A program made the position numbers and the translations under genes. Positions 1 through 8,947 of a DNA stretch of 36,125 nucleotides are shown one piece after another. The stretch is from contig JBNKNM010000037.1 in the NCBI GenBank assembly GCA_050293845.1, positions 1 to 36,125 on the forward strand, read 5' to 3'. Below the pieces are notes generated by a model. The model saw nothing but the letters and a program-made list of their open reading frames with translations. It was not told the DNA's origin and made no database searches. The stretch comes from Pseudobacteriovorax sp. GTDB lineage: Bacteria; Bdellovibrionota_B; Oligoflexia; Oligoflexales; Oligoflexaceae. How positions within the stretch are numbered: position 1 is the stretch's first letter; every line of letters starts with the position of its first letter.

Positions 1-348
1 AATTGGCTCTACGAAGGATGGGTCGTGAATACATCAACTGGAGAAGTGGTTTCTACGGGAACGTTTTCATCCCCTTCAGGTGCTGATAGCGATGGCGCTG
101 GGGTAACGGCCGGACCTAATGCTGCTCCACCATTTCCTGGTCAAGACTACATCAATCCTGCGAAAATTCTTAACGATGGGTCACACATGATGGTAATATC
201 TGTAGAACCAAGTCCGGATTTTGATCCTAAACCCTTCACTCTAAAACCTCTCGGTAAGCTAGTACCTGAAGGTGCGGCAGTCACAACGACTATTAATCTA
301 GATAATATATCAAACGAGAATGACATCTGGATTAAGGTAAAGTTATAA
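1..348 (+). CDS. 5'-truncated secreted/lipoprotein-type protein of the family often annotated 'anti-sigma factor (RskA-like)'
   Basis: Frame is open from base 1 (NWLYEGWVVNTSTGEVVSTGTF...PPFPGQDY...VISVEPSPD.DP.PFTLKPL). I recall these motifs from this family. The true start lies outside the window. Confidence 0.65.
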   Translation, partial: NWLYEGWVVNTSTGEVVSTGTFSSPSGADSDGAGVTAGPNAAPPFPGQDYINPAKILNDGSHMMVISVEPSPDFDPKPFTLKPLGKLVPEGAAVTTTINLDNISNENDIWIKVKL

Positions 349-389
349 TTCGCGAAGGCCTCTCACCAAAGCTAGCGGACAACGGATAG

Positions 390-903
390 GTAAAAGCGCT
401 GCATACAAATCCTGCTGTTGGTGAAATTACTGCTCCGGTTACAAGTTCTATCGGTATTTATTTTACCGACGGAATAGATTCCAAGAGTGTTGATTCAAAC
501 AGCTTTATTGTCCGTGGGGTCGGAGCCCAGAAGACAAAAGGAACTTGGGGCTGGTTATATACCACCCTAACGTTCACTCCTTCTCAAGCATTTTATACAA
601 ATAGAATCTACGAAGTTGTTCTCAAAAAAAGATCTCATCCATGATGAGATACTCACCTACAAGGATACTACCTACCTAAAAGGCAAAACTATGATTCCCT
701 CTCTAGAGATCGCCGTTGATCAAAAAGGCATTAAGGAAAGGAGTCCTTTAACCTATCGGATACTTTTAAAAACGATTTTAGGGTTTCGCCCTGCTGAAGC
801 ACATAAGATGAAAAAAGAAGCGTTCTTCAGAACTTTTTCCTCAGAGGCTAAGATTAAAGGGCTGAGTGCCTTCATCGAGAAACGAGAGCTAATATTTAAT
901 TAG
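390..903 (+). pseudogene. Bacterial Ig-like (Big_5-type) domain fragment, start-less and frameshifted
   Basis: Frame 3 at 390-644 reads VKALHTNPAVGEITAPVTSSIGIYFTDGIDSKSVDSNSFIVRG...GTWGWLYTTLTFTPSQAFYTNRIYEVVLKK. It is preceded by an in-frame TAG (387-389). Removing one A from the A7 run (624-630) joins it to ORF 616-903. Confidence 0.6.
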
Positions 904-1282
904 ATTTCGAGCTCTGGTATATCTGTATACCTCACTGCTCTACCGTAGCAATGAATGTCCATGTGGAGTTGATATCTCAGGCCTGTTGATGAGAATCGAC
1001 ACATTTTGTTCATAATGGATCAGGCAGGCTGCCACTCAAAATCATCTCAACTAAAACATCCAAAAACATCAACCCTTCTTGATTTACCACATACAGCCCT
1101 GAGCTAAATCCCGTTGAAAGACTATGGTTCTGGATCAAAGAAAACTACTTGTCAAATGTAGTCATCAACCATGAACAAAATTTGATGGATATGGGCTATC
1201 AAGCTTGGAATCAACTTAGCAAAGGGAGGTAAGATTATCTGTACAGGGACTACATAGCGTTCATGAACTTTCTGTAATCCGC
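903..1282 (+). mobile_element. IS630-family transposase remnant (3' half of the DDE domain, at least two frameshifts)
   Basis: Three successive frames read IPHCSTVAMNVHVELISQA / VDENRHILFIMDQAGCH / YSPELNPVERLWFWIKENYLSN...AWNQL. This matches the IS630 signatures D(Q/N)AGWH and LPPYSPELNPVERLW. The ends are approximate. Confidence 0.88.
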
Positions 1283-1390
1283 AGAATACTCCAATAGAGG
1301 TAGTAAGGAGGGAGCAAGGTCGTTGACCAGATCTTCTATAATGTCTTGTCTTTGCCTCAACTTTAGATCCCCTCTTCTGGACCACTATTT
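1283..1390 (-). pseudogene. Relic of an ECF sigma 3' end / nrsF 5' start junction, paralogous to 30643-30754
   Basis: Minus strand reads ...EEGI* then (TTG)MRQRQDIIEDLVNDLAP...YYLYW. The intact locus reads ...EEGV* then MQQRQDIIKDLVDDLTP...FYLYW. Both share the DNA string ccaatagaggtag. Confidence 0.85.
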
Positions 1391-1399
1391 TAGATCAAT

Positions 1400-1981
1400 T
1401 TACTCAGGTTCTTTCGCCATAACTTGGGTAAATACCATGTCTTTTTCTGCCTTCACGTGACAACCTACACAGACATTTTTTTCAATGCCGGCATCACCGA
1501 TTCCGTCAGCTATAACACCTGAGTTTAGAATTTCGTACCAGTACCAGCTTGCACCACCAGCCTCATCTGTGGTCTTCAAATATACCGCATATCCAGCTAT
1601 GCTATCGTCTGCGTATATCTCTTTGACCCCAGCTGCACCAATTGGATATAATTCCGCTTCATTAGTTGAGAGTAAATCGTTTGAACAAATCCGATTCCTT
1701 CCATGTGGCGACGATGGTCGGGCTGCATGGGGCTCAGCTTCGCAATTCCATTCTAAATAGTAGCCATTCGTGATCCAAGCCAGCATCGCATCTGCACCTT
1801 GCGGTGGCACCATTTTCATTTGATCAAGGTTTATATCATCTCCAGTGGCAGCGCTATCATCTGTACTTTTATCATCAGCATCCTGACTTGCATTGGTTTG
1901 CATTGGTTGCTTGTTATCACTATCTGAATTACCACAACCTACTAAAAAATTAAGACACAGAATGAATAAGGAAAATTTCAT
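1400..1981 (-). CDS. Lipoprotein with C-terminal cytochrome P460-like heme c domain
   Basis: Lipobox FLVG-C, then an acidic linker. C-terminal pattern YPIGAAGVKE...GYAVYLK...WYWYE...CVGCH...DMVF, with the CxxCH close to the C-terminus. Confidence 0.7.
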   Translation of the reverse strand: MKFSLFILCLNFLVGCGNSDSDNKQPMQTNASQDADDKSTDDSAATGDDINLDQMKMVPPQGADAMLAWITNGYYLEWNCEAEPHAARPSSPHGRNRICSNDLLSTNEAELYPIGAAGVKEIYADDSIAGYAVYLKTTDEAGGASWYWYEILNSGVIADGIGDAGIEKNVCVGCHVKAEKDMVFTQVMAKEPE

Positions 1982-2366
1982 GCGTTCGTCCTATCTCATA
2001 AAAATTAATGATTCATATTATCTCTTGTGCATTCGTTCAGAATATCGGGAAGGCTACAGCTGATTGAAAATAATTCACAACATAGACTACGTCACTTTTC
2101 CAAATCGAAAAACCTAAAGTAATCCACGTAAAGCGATATTCACTTTCCAAAAAATCTCTCACATCCATATTTGTATGGATGAGCACGCCTTTATGTACAG
2201 CTATTAAGTGCTTTAGCGTTATTTTTTTAAGATGGCGTAGGAAATCCAAATTTGAATTAGTTTCAACGTGATCTAGCGTTTTTAAGATCAATATCCCATT
2301 GAACTAAGCTATGCCCTTTGGCAGAACTGATGATTTTCAGAAAGCACCTCCTTTAGGTGGGTGGGT

Positions 2367-3736
2367 TCACTGCAGGTAGGGTTTGATAAGATTCCAACCA
2401 TCAAAGCGAGCATCAAGGGTTTTCAATACAATAAATACCCCTCCTATTTTACGGTCTAAAAAAATAACCTCTCGGGGGGGAGGACGCATTTTGAAAGTCA
2501 GGGCATACTCAGTGGCCTTTTTGGTGATTCTGGACGGTAAGTCACTATGACCCCATCGATAGTAATCATTGCCATCTAATAGCGAAAGGTTGACGCGAGG
2601 GTCATGGACATCGAGCCAAGGTTCAATGACGAGCTGGGTGATATCCATGAAGCAGTCCTTTAATTTCTCAGAGTCATCCTCCCTTAAAAAACCTAGTTTC
2701 AGAGCTGCATCAATAACAAGACTGCGTTCGTTATGAAAAGCCCCTTGCAGGAGTTTGCGATATAGTTTAACGAACGTCTTTGAAAACCGACGTAGGGCGC
2801 CAAAATCAAGTAGAATAATTTCACTTTCGCCCTTTTCGTTGATACGGACCTTATAGTTGCCAAAGTGAGGATCAGTTTGCACCTGATGAAATACAAACAG
2901 TTCATCTAGAAAAAGTTTAGCAAAAGCATAACCGATTTGAGCTCTTTGCTGTTCGTTGAGCTGTAGGACTTCAGGGCTATCTAGGTTAACCCCCGGTTCG
3001 TAAGATGTAGTCAGTACCTTATTACCGGAAAACTCAGGGTAAGTTTTCGGAACAATGTAGCGATGGTCCTTAGCTAGAAGCTCAGCCATTAAGTTTGTAG
3101 CTTTCAGCTCCCGAGAGTAATCGACTTCATAGCGTAGCATGAGGCCAATTTCCTTAAGCATATCTTCGAACCCTTTGTTGTTCTTAGGAATGATTTTCAT
3201 CATACTAAGAATCGAACGCAGAGTTTTAATATCATTATCGATCGCTTGAGAAACACCGGGATATTGAACCTTGATACAAACTATTTCCCCTGTTGCTTTT
3301 ATGGTGGCTAAATGAACCTGCCCCATGGAGGCAGCAGCCAGTGCCTCAGTTTGTATGTCTAATTTTCCCAGGACCTCTGGACCCAGACGTTGGCGAAAAA
3401 TGGGTTCAATGGCTTCCCAGGCTAGAGGGGGGCTATCTTCTTGCAAAGACTTAAGGGCCTGGGCCACTTCTTTTGGGAAAAAGTGCTCACCATACAACGC
3501 CAGCATTTGGCCGACTTTCATCAAGCTGCCTTTTAGCTGTCCCAATTCTTCGGCGAGCAGCTTCGCCTGCTGCTCCAATATAATTTTGAGTCCAGCTTTT
3601 CTGATATCTTTATCAGAAAAGGCATTTTGTAAGGTCCCTTTAGCCAGCGATGCTGAGGACTTGATAGCAACTTTGGTTAGCGATAGACTGCGGTCAAAGA
3701 AGCTAGATTTGATTTTTTTAAGTTTTTTTTTTCCAT
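2367..3736 (-). CDS. AarF/ABC1/UbiB-family atypical kinase (COQ8-like); start ATG is out of frame by an A10 run
   Basis: Motifs KGSLMKVGQ, AAASMGQVH, IKVQYPG, EVDY, QTDPHFGNY, LLDFG. The frame stays open upstream of 3578 to about 3740 (KKKLKKIKSSFFDRSLSLTK...), and the ATG just before that stretch (3736) is out of frame. Confidence 0.9.
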
Positions 3737-4083
3737 GAGGCTATGGGCTCTTATTTAAAGAAGTGCTAGTTATTTATAGAGTGGCAAAAATCTAATGAAA
3801 TAGAACTAAGAATATTTTGACCCCCAAGAGACAGGGAGTCAAGTATCCCTACTATCATAAGAATATGGCGATGTTAGAAACCATCTGGTAGCCTTTTTCT
3901 TGCAACTAACATTTATGTAACAATGGACTTATGTGAAGTTTTCTTAAAAATATATAAATATTAGACAGTTATCAATGAGTGGCGCTGTAAATCGCTGCTT
4001 AAGCTTGTTTTGAACAGTTTAAATTATCTACTAAGATTAGAATAAATAATTCGAATTCTAAGATAAGGGGTGCTACTTAAATT

Positions 4084-4168
4084 CAATGACTCCTTCGAGT
4101 TATTTTGATCCCCTCTATGGCCAGGTCAGCTAGGGCGTGCTGCCTGGCCTATGGATGCGTCATAATTG
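4084..4168. other. GC-rich nested stem-loop in an AT-rich divergent intergenic region
   Basis: Pairings GGCCAGG(4119-4125)/CCTGGCC(4143-4149), CAGC/GCTG, ATCC/GGAT and ATGAC/GTCAT, plus side hairpin ACTC-CTTC-GAGT. Confidence 0.35.
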
Positions 4169-4377
4169 ATTAAAATTACTTTAATCCCAGACCTAAATTA
4201 AATCGTGACTCGCAAAATTCTTCCTAAAATCCTTGGCAACTATGAGTGCGAGGCCTTGATTCGAGTGCAAAATTGAGGAGTTGGAACTAATCTCCGTACA
4301 ATTTATTGGTAGCATTGTTTTTTTCAGCTAAAGTCTCCTTTCTTTAGGGTATTGATGCGAGGAAATAATAATAGACT

Positions 4378-7300
4378 ATGATTGATGCAACCCTACCTTT
4401 TGCCATAAAACTAGTGGATATCCCTGCAGAGAAAATTGACGAGATCGTGGAACATCTTAATCAGGAGATTCAGCGCGATTACATGAGCCGGAAAGCTAAT
4501 CGAGGACGCCGCCTGTTTCCACAAGCTGTTCGGTCCATAGAGCTTGTGGGTGAAGAAGGGACTGCTGTAATAACGGAAGGAGAGGAAATGGTACATATCA
4601 CGTTTTCTCTTCCAGTTTTTGACTTAGCTGGGGGTTACAGCTCCATCCGTTGTAGCTGCCAACAAGACGCCATTCAACTCGAGTTAATCCGCTGTCATCA
4701 TATGTGGTTAACTCAATATGCCCTCCAGCAAGCATTGCTCCAGCAGAAGAACCAACTGAACCCAAGTGCTCCCACGGACCATCTGTTTGCAAGTCTCGAC
4801 TCACTAGTAAGTGAGAGTCATCATCAAATGCCACCCGGCCAGCAACGATGCTGCTTCCTGTTTAAATACGATGGTAGCATCAGCCCCCTAGTGCAGAAGT
4901 GGACTCAAGAGGGGGGCTGGAGTGCGGGGCGCAGCATTAGCTGGCGTGAGTTTTTAAACAGCAAAGAGTTATGGTTGACTCAGCCTTATAGCGGGCTTGC
5001 CGGATTGGTGGACACCCAAGGGCAATTGAGTGACTTACTGGCTGCCTTACGAGTTCTAGCTCCTTTAAACTGTCTGCAGAGCGACAAGATTGATAACAAA
5101 ACTGTTAAGGTCGAAATAAAAGAGCAACCGGTAATTTTACGCGGTCAGTTGGAAGAAGAGGGGATTACTATCATCCCTCAGTTTAGCGATAAAATTAACA
5201 TCAAAATAGTTACTGCAGAAGGATTTGTAGGCTGGGCGGAAGCGGGTCAGGTGATCTATTTTTTTCAACCCGATAAAAAGCTTTATGAGTTCTACCATCA
5301 TCTGCTAAAACAACCGACGACTATTCCAAGTTCTGATCAAGATAGGCTCATACAATACTTATCCCAGTTGAGTAATAAGGTGGTACTGTCTTTAGATACC
5401 ATAACTACTGAGGTCACTGCGGAAGAAAAAATCTACCTGCGTTTAACCCCCTTAGACTCTGGTGCTGTGAAAGGAGAACTCTGGGTGAAACCTTCACCTA
5501 CAGGCTCCTACTTTGCTCCAGGGGAAGGAGTCGAGACGGTTCTAGATTTTTCGCAGCCTCAGCAAGCAAAGAAAGTCATAAGGGATCTATGGCGCGAACG
5601 AGATCTGGCAAGTCAAGTCATTGATGAATTGGACCTTGGTCGCTTTATAAAAGCGCCTGGTATGATATGGCTTCCAAGAGAACAAGAAGTTCTTGAAATT
5701 TTGCAAGAATTAGAACAGCCCAGGATTAAAAAACTCGTTATCGTCGAATGGCCTGAGTATCTAGGGGATCAATGGCGCAGGCAACATGAGGTTACGGGTG
5801 AACTACAAAGCCAACCCATATCATTAAGTATCGGTGGAGAAAAAGATTGGTTTGCTGTTGCCGGAGAGGTTGAGTACAGTGGTCAGAGTTTGTCTCTACA
5901 AGAATTACTGGCAGCCTTAAGACAGGGTAGAAAATATATCCAATTGAAGTCCGGGCAATGGACACGCATTACCGAAGCTTTTTCCGCAAGATTAGAAAAA
6001 CTATCTTCTGTACTTGATACTGACGATGATGGATTATATGCGCATCCTAGCGCTTGTGAGTTCCTTGACGAGGGAAAACATGAAGATAATATAATCATTT
6101 CCCAGGCATCAAAGGAATGGTGGGCATTAAAGCGTAAAATTTCCCATACGGTTGCCATGGACGATACGATTCCTGATGGGATTAACGCTACATTGCGGCC
6201 TTACCAGATTGAGGGTGTAAGATGGCTTAACCGTCTGGTAACCTGGGAGCTGGGAGCGTGCCTCGCTGATGATATGGGGCTCGGAAAAACTTTACAAACT
6301 ATATCTGTCCTATTAAAGCAAGCTACAAAAGGACCATCTTTAGTTATAGCTCCTCTCTCTGTTGTGAGTAACTGGCAAAGTGAAATCAAAAGATTTTGTC
6401 CTCAATTGCAACCGATTTCCTTTCGCGAGCACCGACAAATGAATCTAGAGAAATTGAAGGCGCATGATATTTTAATTGTCGGTTATGGCCTGATTTGGAG
6501 AGAGTTAGATGCTTTGCTTAAGGTTTCTTGGAATATGATTGTTCTCGATGAAGCTCAGAATATAAAAAATGCACGCAGTAAAACAGCAAAGGCTGCGCAG
6601 CAACTACAGGCTAGAAGCAAAGTAGCTCTCTCAGGAACTCCCATCGAAAACCACTTGGGTGATCTTTGGAGTCTTTTTAGGACCATCAACCCAAGTTTGC
6701 TAGGAACTTGGGATAGGTTTAAGCGAGTTTATGGATTTCCTATTTCTCGTGACGATAATGATAGTGCGAAAACAAGACTTACTAGCCGTATTGCACCGTT
6801 TATATTGAGACGACTTAAAAATGATCACCTAAAGGAACTACCGCCAAAAACAGAGATTAATTTACAAGTAGATATGAGCGAATCGGAGATGGATGTGTAT
6901 CAAACTATTCGCTTACAGGCTATGGATAAACTTACTGAGAATGATAGCTCTGAGGGTGATCAAAACCAGCGGCTACAGATCTTGTCGGCCTTAACCCGTA
7001 TGCGGCAAGCAGCTAGTCACCCGGCTTTGATTTTAGATCAATGGCAGCAATCTTCCTCGAAACTTGAGGTCTTCTCTAACTTGGCTGAACAAGTTGTAGC
7101 CAACGGTCATAAGGCTCTTGTGTTTAGCCAGTTTACCAAACATTTAGCTTTAGTACGACACCGACTGGAAGATTATGGCTACTCCTATGCTTACCTCGAT
7201 GGGAGTACTTCAGGTGTAATGCGACAGATGCAGATCGATCAATTTCAGAAAGGGAATAAAAGCTTCTTTCTTATCTCGTTAAAGGCAGGAGGAACTGGAA

Positions 7301-7587
7301 TTACTTTGACAGAAGCCGACATTGTGATTCATATGGACCCTTGGTGGAATCCAGCCATTGAGGATCAAGCAACAGACCGAGCTTACCGTATGGGACAAAA
7401 GAAGCCTGTTACAGTCTATCGCCTAATTTGCAAGAACACTGTTGAAGAACTCATTGTTAGTCTTCATGACCAGAAACGAAATCTTGCCTCTAGCATACTC
7501 AGTAATGCTAATACTATGGCTTCATTAGACCTGCAGCATTTGCGGCAAATGATTATTAATCCAGGTTCTGGATACGATCTCCAGTAA
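4378..7587 (+). CDS. SWIM zinc finger + SNF2-family (Swi2/Snf2) ATPase/helicase
   Basis: SWIM CSC..CHH; LRPYQ; LADDMGLGKT; DEAQ; LSGTPIEN; LRRLK; SLKAGGTGITL; DPWWNPA.EDQATDRAYRMGQ. Confidence 0.95.
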   Translation: MIDATLPFAIKLVDIPAEKIDEIVEHLNQEIQRDYMSRKANRGRRLFPQAVRSIELVGEEGTAVITEGEEMVHITFSLPVFDLAGGYSSIRCSCQQDAIQLELIRCHHMWLTQYALQQALLQQKNQLNPSAPTDHLFASLDSLVSESHHQMPPGQQRCCFLFKYDGSISPLVQKWTQEGGWSAGRSISWREFLNSKELWLTQPYSGLAGLVDTQGQLSDLLAALRVLAPLNCLQSDKIDNKTVKVEIKEQPVILRGQLEEEGITIIPQFSDKINIKIVTAEGFVGWAEAGQVIYFFQPDKKLYEFYHHLLKQPTTIPSSDQDRLIQYLSQLSNKVVLSLDTITTEVTAEEKIYLRLTPLDSGAVKGELWVKPSPTGSYFAPGEGVETVLDFSQPQQAKKVIRDLWRERDLASQVIDELDLGRFIKAPGMIWLPREQEVLEILQELEQPRIKKLVIVEWPEYLGDQWRRQHEVTGELQSQPISLSIGGEKDWFAVAGEVEYSGQSLSLQELLAALRQGRKYIQLKSGQWTRITEAFSARLEKLSSVLDTDDDGLYAHPSACEFLDEGKHEDNIIISQASKEWWALKRKISHTVAMDDTIPDGINATLRPYQIEGVRWLNRLVTWELGACLADDMGLGKTLQTISVLLKQATKGPSLVIAPLSVVSNWQSEIKRFCPQLQPISFREHRQMNLEKLKAHDILIVGYGLIWRELDALLKVSWNMIVLDEAQNIKNARSKTAKAAQQLQARSKVALSGTPIENHLGDLWSLFRTINPSLLGTWDRFKRVYGFPISRDDNDSAKTRLTSRIAPFILRRLKNDHLKELPPKTEINLQVDMSESEMDVYQTIRLQAMDKLTENDSSEGDQNQRLQILSALTRMRQAASHPALILDQWQQSSSKLEVFSNLAEQVVANGHKALVFSQFTKHLALVRHRLEDYGYSYAYLDGSTSGVMRQMQIDQFQKGNKSFFLISLKAGGTGITLTEADIVIHMDPWWNPAIEDQATDRAYRMGQKKPVTVYRLICKNTVEELIVSLHDQKRNLASSILSNANTMASLDLQHLRQMIINPGSGYDLQ

Positions 7588-8575
7588 TAATTTTTGAAAA
7601 AAAAGTGTCGATCGCCTTTTGGGTATCGGGACGCATAAACTCAATGTTACCTTGGTTATCGATCGTCACAGTTCCAAAATAAGGGGTTTGCTCGGTTAGA
7701 TTAAAAGCATAACGCATACTATGGCAAACGCAGTGATCTTGATCTTGCTCATAGCAAATGGTTTCTGTAGCCCATTTTTGATATCGCAGAAATGCAACTT
7801 CTGCCAGTTCTATTCCTTTTATATTTTTACAAATCGTGCCATGTACGTAACTTGGGTGAGTTTTTTGATGCACTACCCTGGGATTGCTAATTTGAAAAAA
7901 ACTAACTAGTGCTGAATGATATTTTCCAGACTGTTCATTTACTACTAACCAGCTCAACGGAGCCAAAGGACCAGGGTAAGCGTTGCCATGCTGGGAATCA
8001 AAACTTAGGGCTAACGCCTGCTGTTTGAAAAAAGCCATACATAACCACCAAGACATAACCACAAGCCCTGTCGTAGCACCATATAGCTGTGGAGAACTAC
8101 CGACTTTTAACGCTTTGCGGATCAGAAAATAGCCGCTAAAAGTGATTAACCAAAAAATAGGATCGATAATGAACATAAGAGGCCATGAAAATCTTTCTAA
8201 ACTTAGTGGGTAAAAAAACATCACACCGTAGCTGGTGAGATAATCCAATAAAAAATGCCCCACTACAATCTGAACTAACAGGAATATCAGGGTCCTTCTG
8301 GTTTTCATCATGTGCAGGGATTCACGCCAAAAAAGAAGTAAAAAAATCCAAGCTAGGCTTATCATGAAAGGTAAGCCCAAAAAAGAGTGGGTAAATCCAC
8401 GATGGTGAAAATGATAGAAAGTCTTGCCAAAAAAATTAAGAAGAAAATCAATATCAGGAATGTTGACAAGAATAGCTGATGCCATAGTAGCTCTGAGGGG
8501 ATTTTTCTTTAATAAGTTTGGCTCGACAGCGGCTGTCGTCGCTACTGCTACTAAAGCGTGAGCTAAGTTATCCAT
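7556..8575 (-). CDS. YdjM-family inner-membrane metal-dependent hydrolase
   Basis: MDNLAH, PDID, HRGFTHS, HFLLDYLTSYG and FIIDP motifs with several TM segments. Its 3' end overlaps the SNF2 3' end by 32 bp. Confidence 0.9.
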   Translation of the reverse strand: MDNLAHALVAVATTAAVEPNLLKKNPLRATMASAILVNIPDIDFLLNFFGKTFYHFHHRGFTHSFLGLPFMISLAWIFLLLFWRESLHMMKTRRTLIFLLVQIVVGHFLLDYLTSYGVMFFYPLSLERFSWPLMFIIDPIFWLITFSGYFLIRKALKVGSSPQLYGATTGLVVMSWWLCMAFFKQQALALSFDSQHGNAYPGPLAPLSWLVVNEQSGKYHSALVSFFQISNPRVVHQKTHPSYVHGTICKNIKGIELAEVAFLRYQKWATETICYEQDQDHCVCHSMRYAFNLTEQTPYFGTVTIDNQGNIEFMRPDTQKAIDTFFSKIITGDRIQNLD

Positions 8576-8947
8576 GCACTTCCTTCATGCTGAAAACTTT
8601 AATGATAAAGGTGGCTTCATTAACTCCCGGCACTTTTTTCCTAGGACCTAACCCAGGTAAAAATAGCGCATTTTGTCTGCGCCATCCCACAAGCCAGAAA
8701 GCCCTATCAAGGGATTGATGTAGCATACCATACCCCTAACCTGGATCAAATAGCTACTAGAGATGGCTTAGTATGCCTATAGAGGCTTGCATATCACCAT
8801 ACAAAATTTTGGCTGATCTACTATGCTTGCTTTCAATTATGGAAAAACTTTCAGGGTATTATGTAAGTTTTTACCTAGTGTCAAAATTTGTTGTCGGAGG
8901 ATCAGATGGATATTCAGTCTGTCGATAAAGATAGCGGTTTGCAAAAA

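Noticed and set aside
1152..1385. 77-aa minus-strand ORF
   Set aside because: It is antisense to the IS630 remnant and out of frame with the nrsF relic, so it is a chance ORF.
2037..2291. 84-aa minus-strand ORF
   Set aside because: TTG start, no RBS and no recognisable motif; it may be a remnant but cannot be supported.
3817..3842. TTGAC-N16-GTCAA inverted repeat
   Set aside because: Arms are too short and the spacer does not fit FNR/CRP; could be chance.
3980..3996. TGGCGC...TCGC sigma54-like element
   Set aside because: GG-GC spacing is 11, not the required 10.
4378..7587. SNF2 gene as part of an anti-phage system
   Set aside because: Stand-alone SWIM-SNF2 architecture with no methylase, nuclease or other defence neighbours.
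8518..8718. 66-aa plus-strand ORF
   Set aside because: Overlaps the start of the YdjM gene on the opposite strand and has no features.
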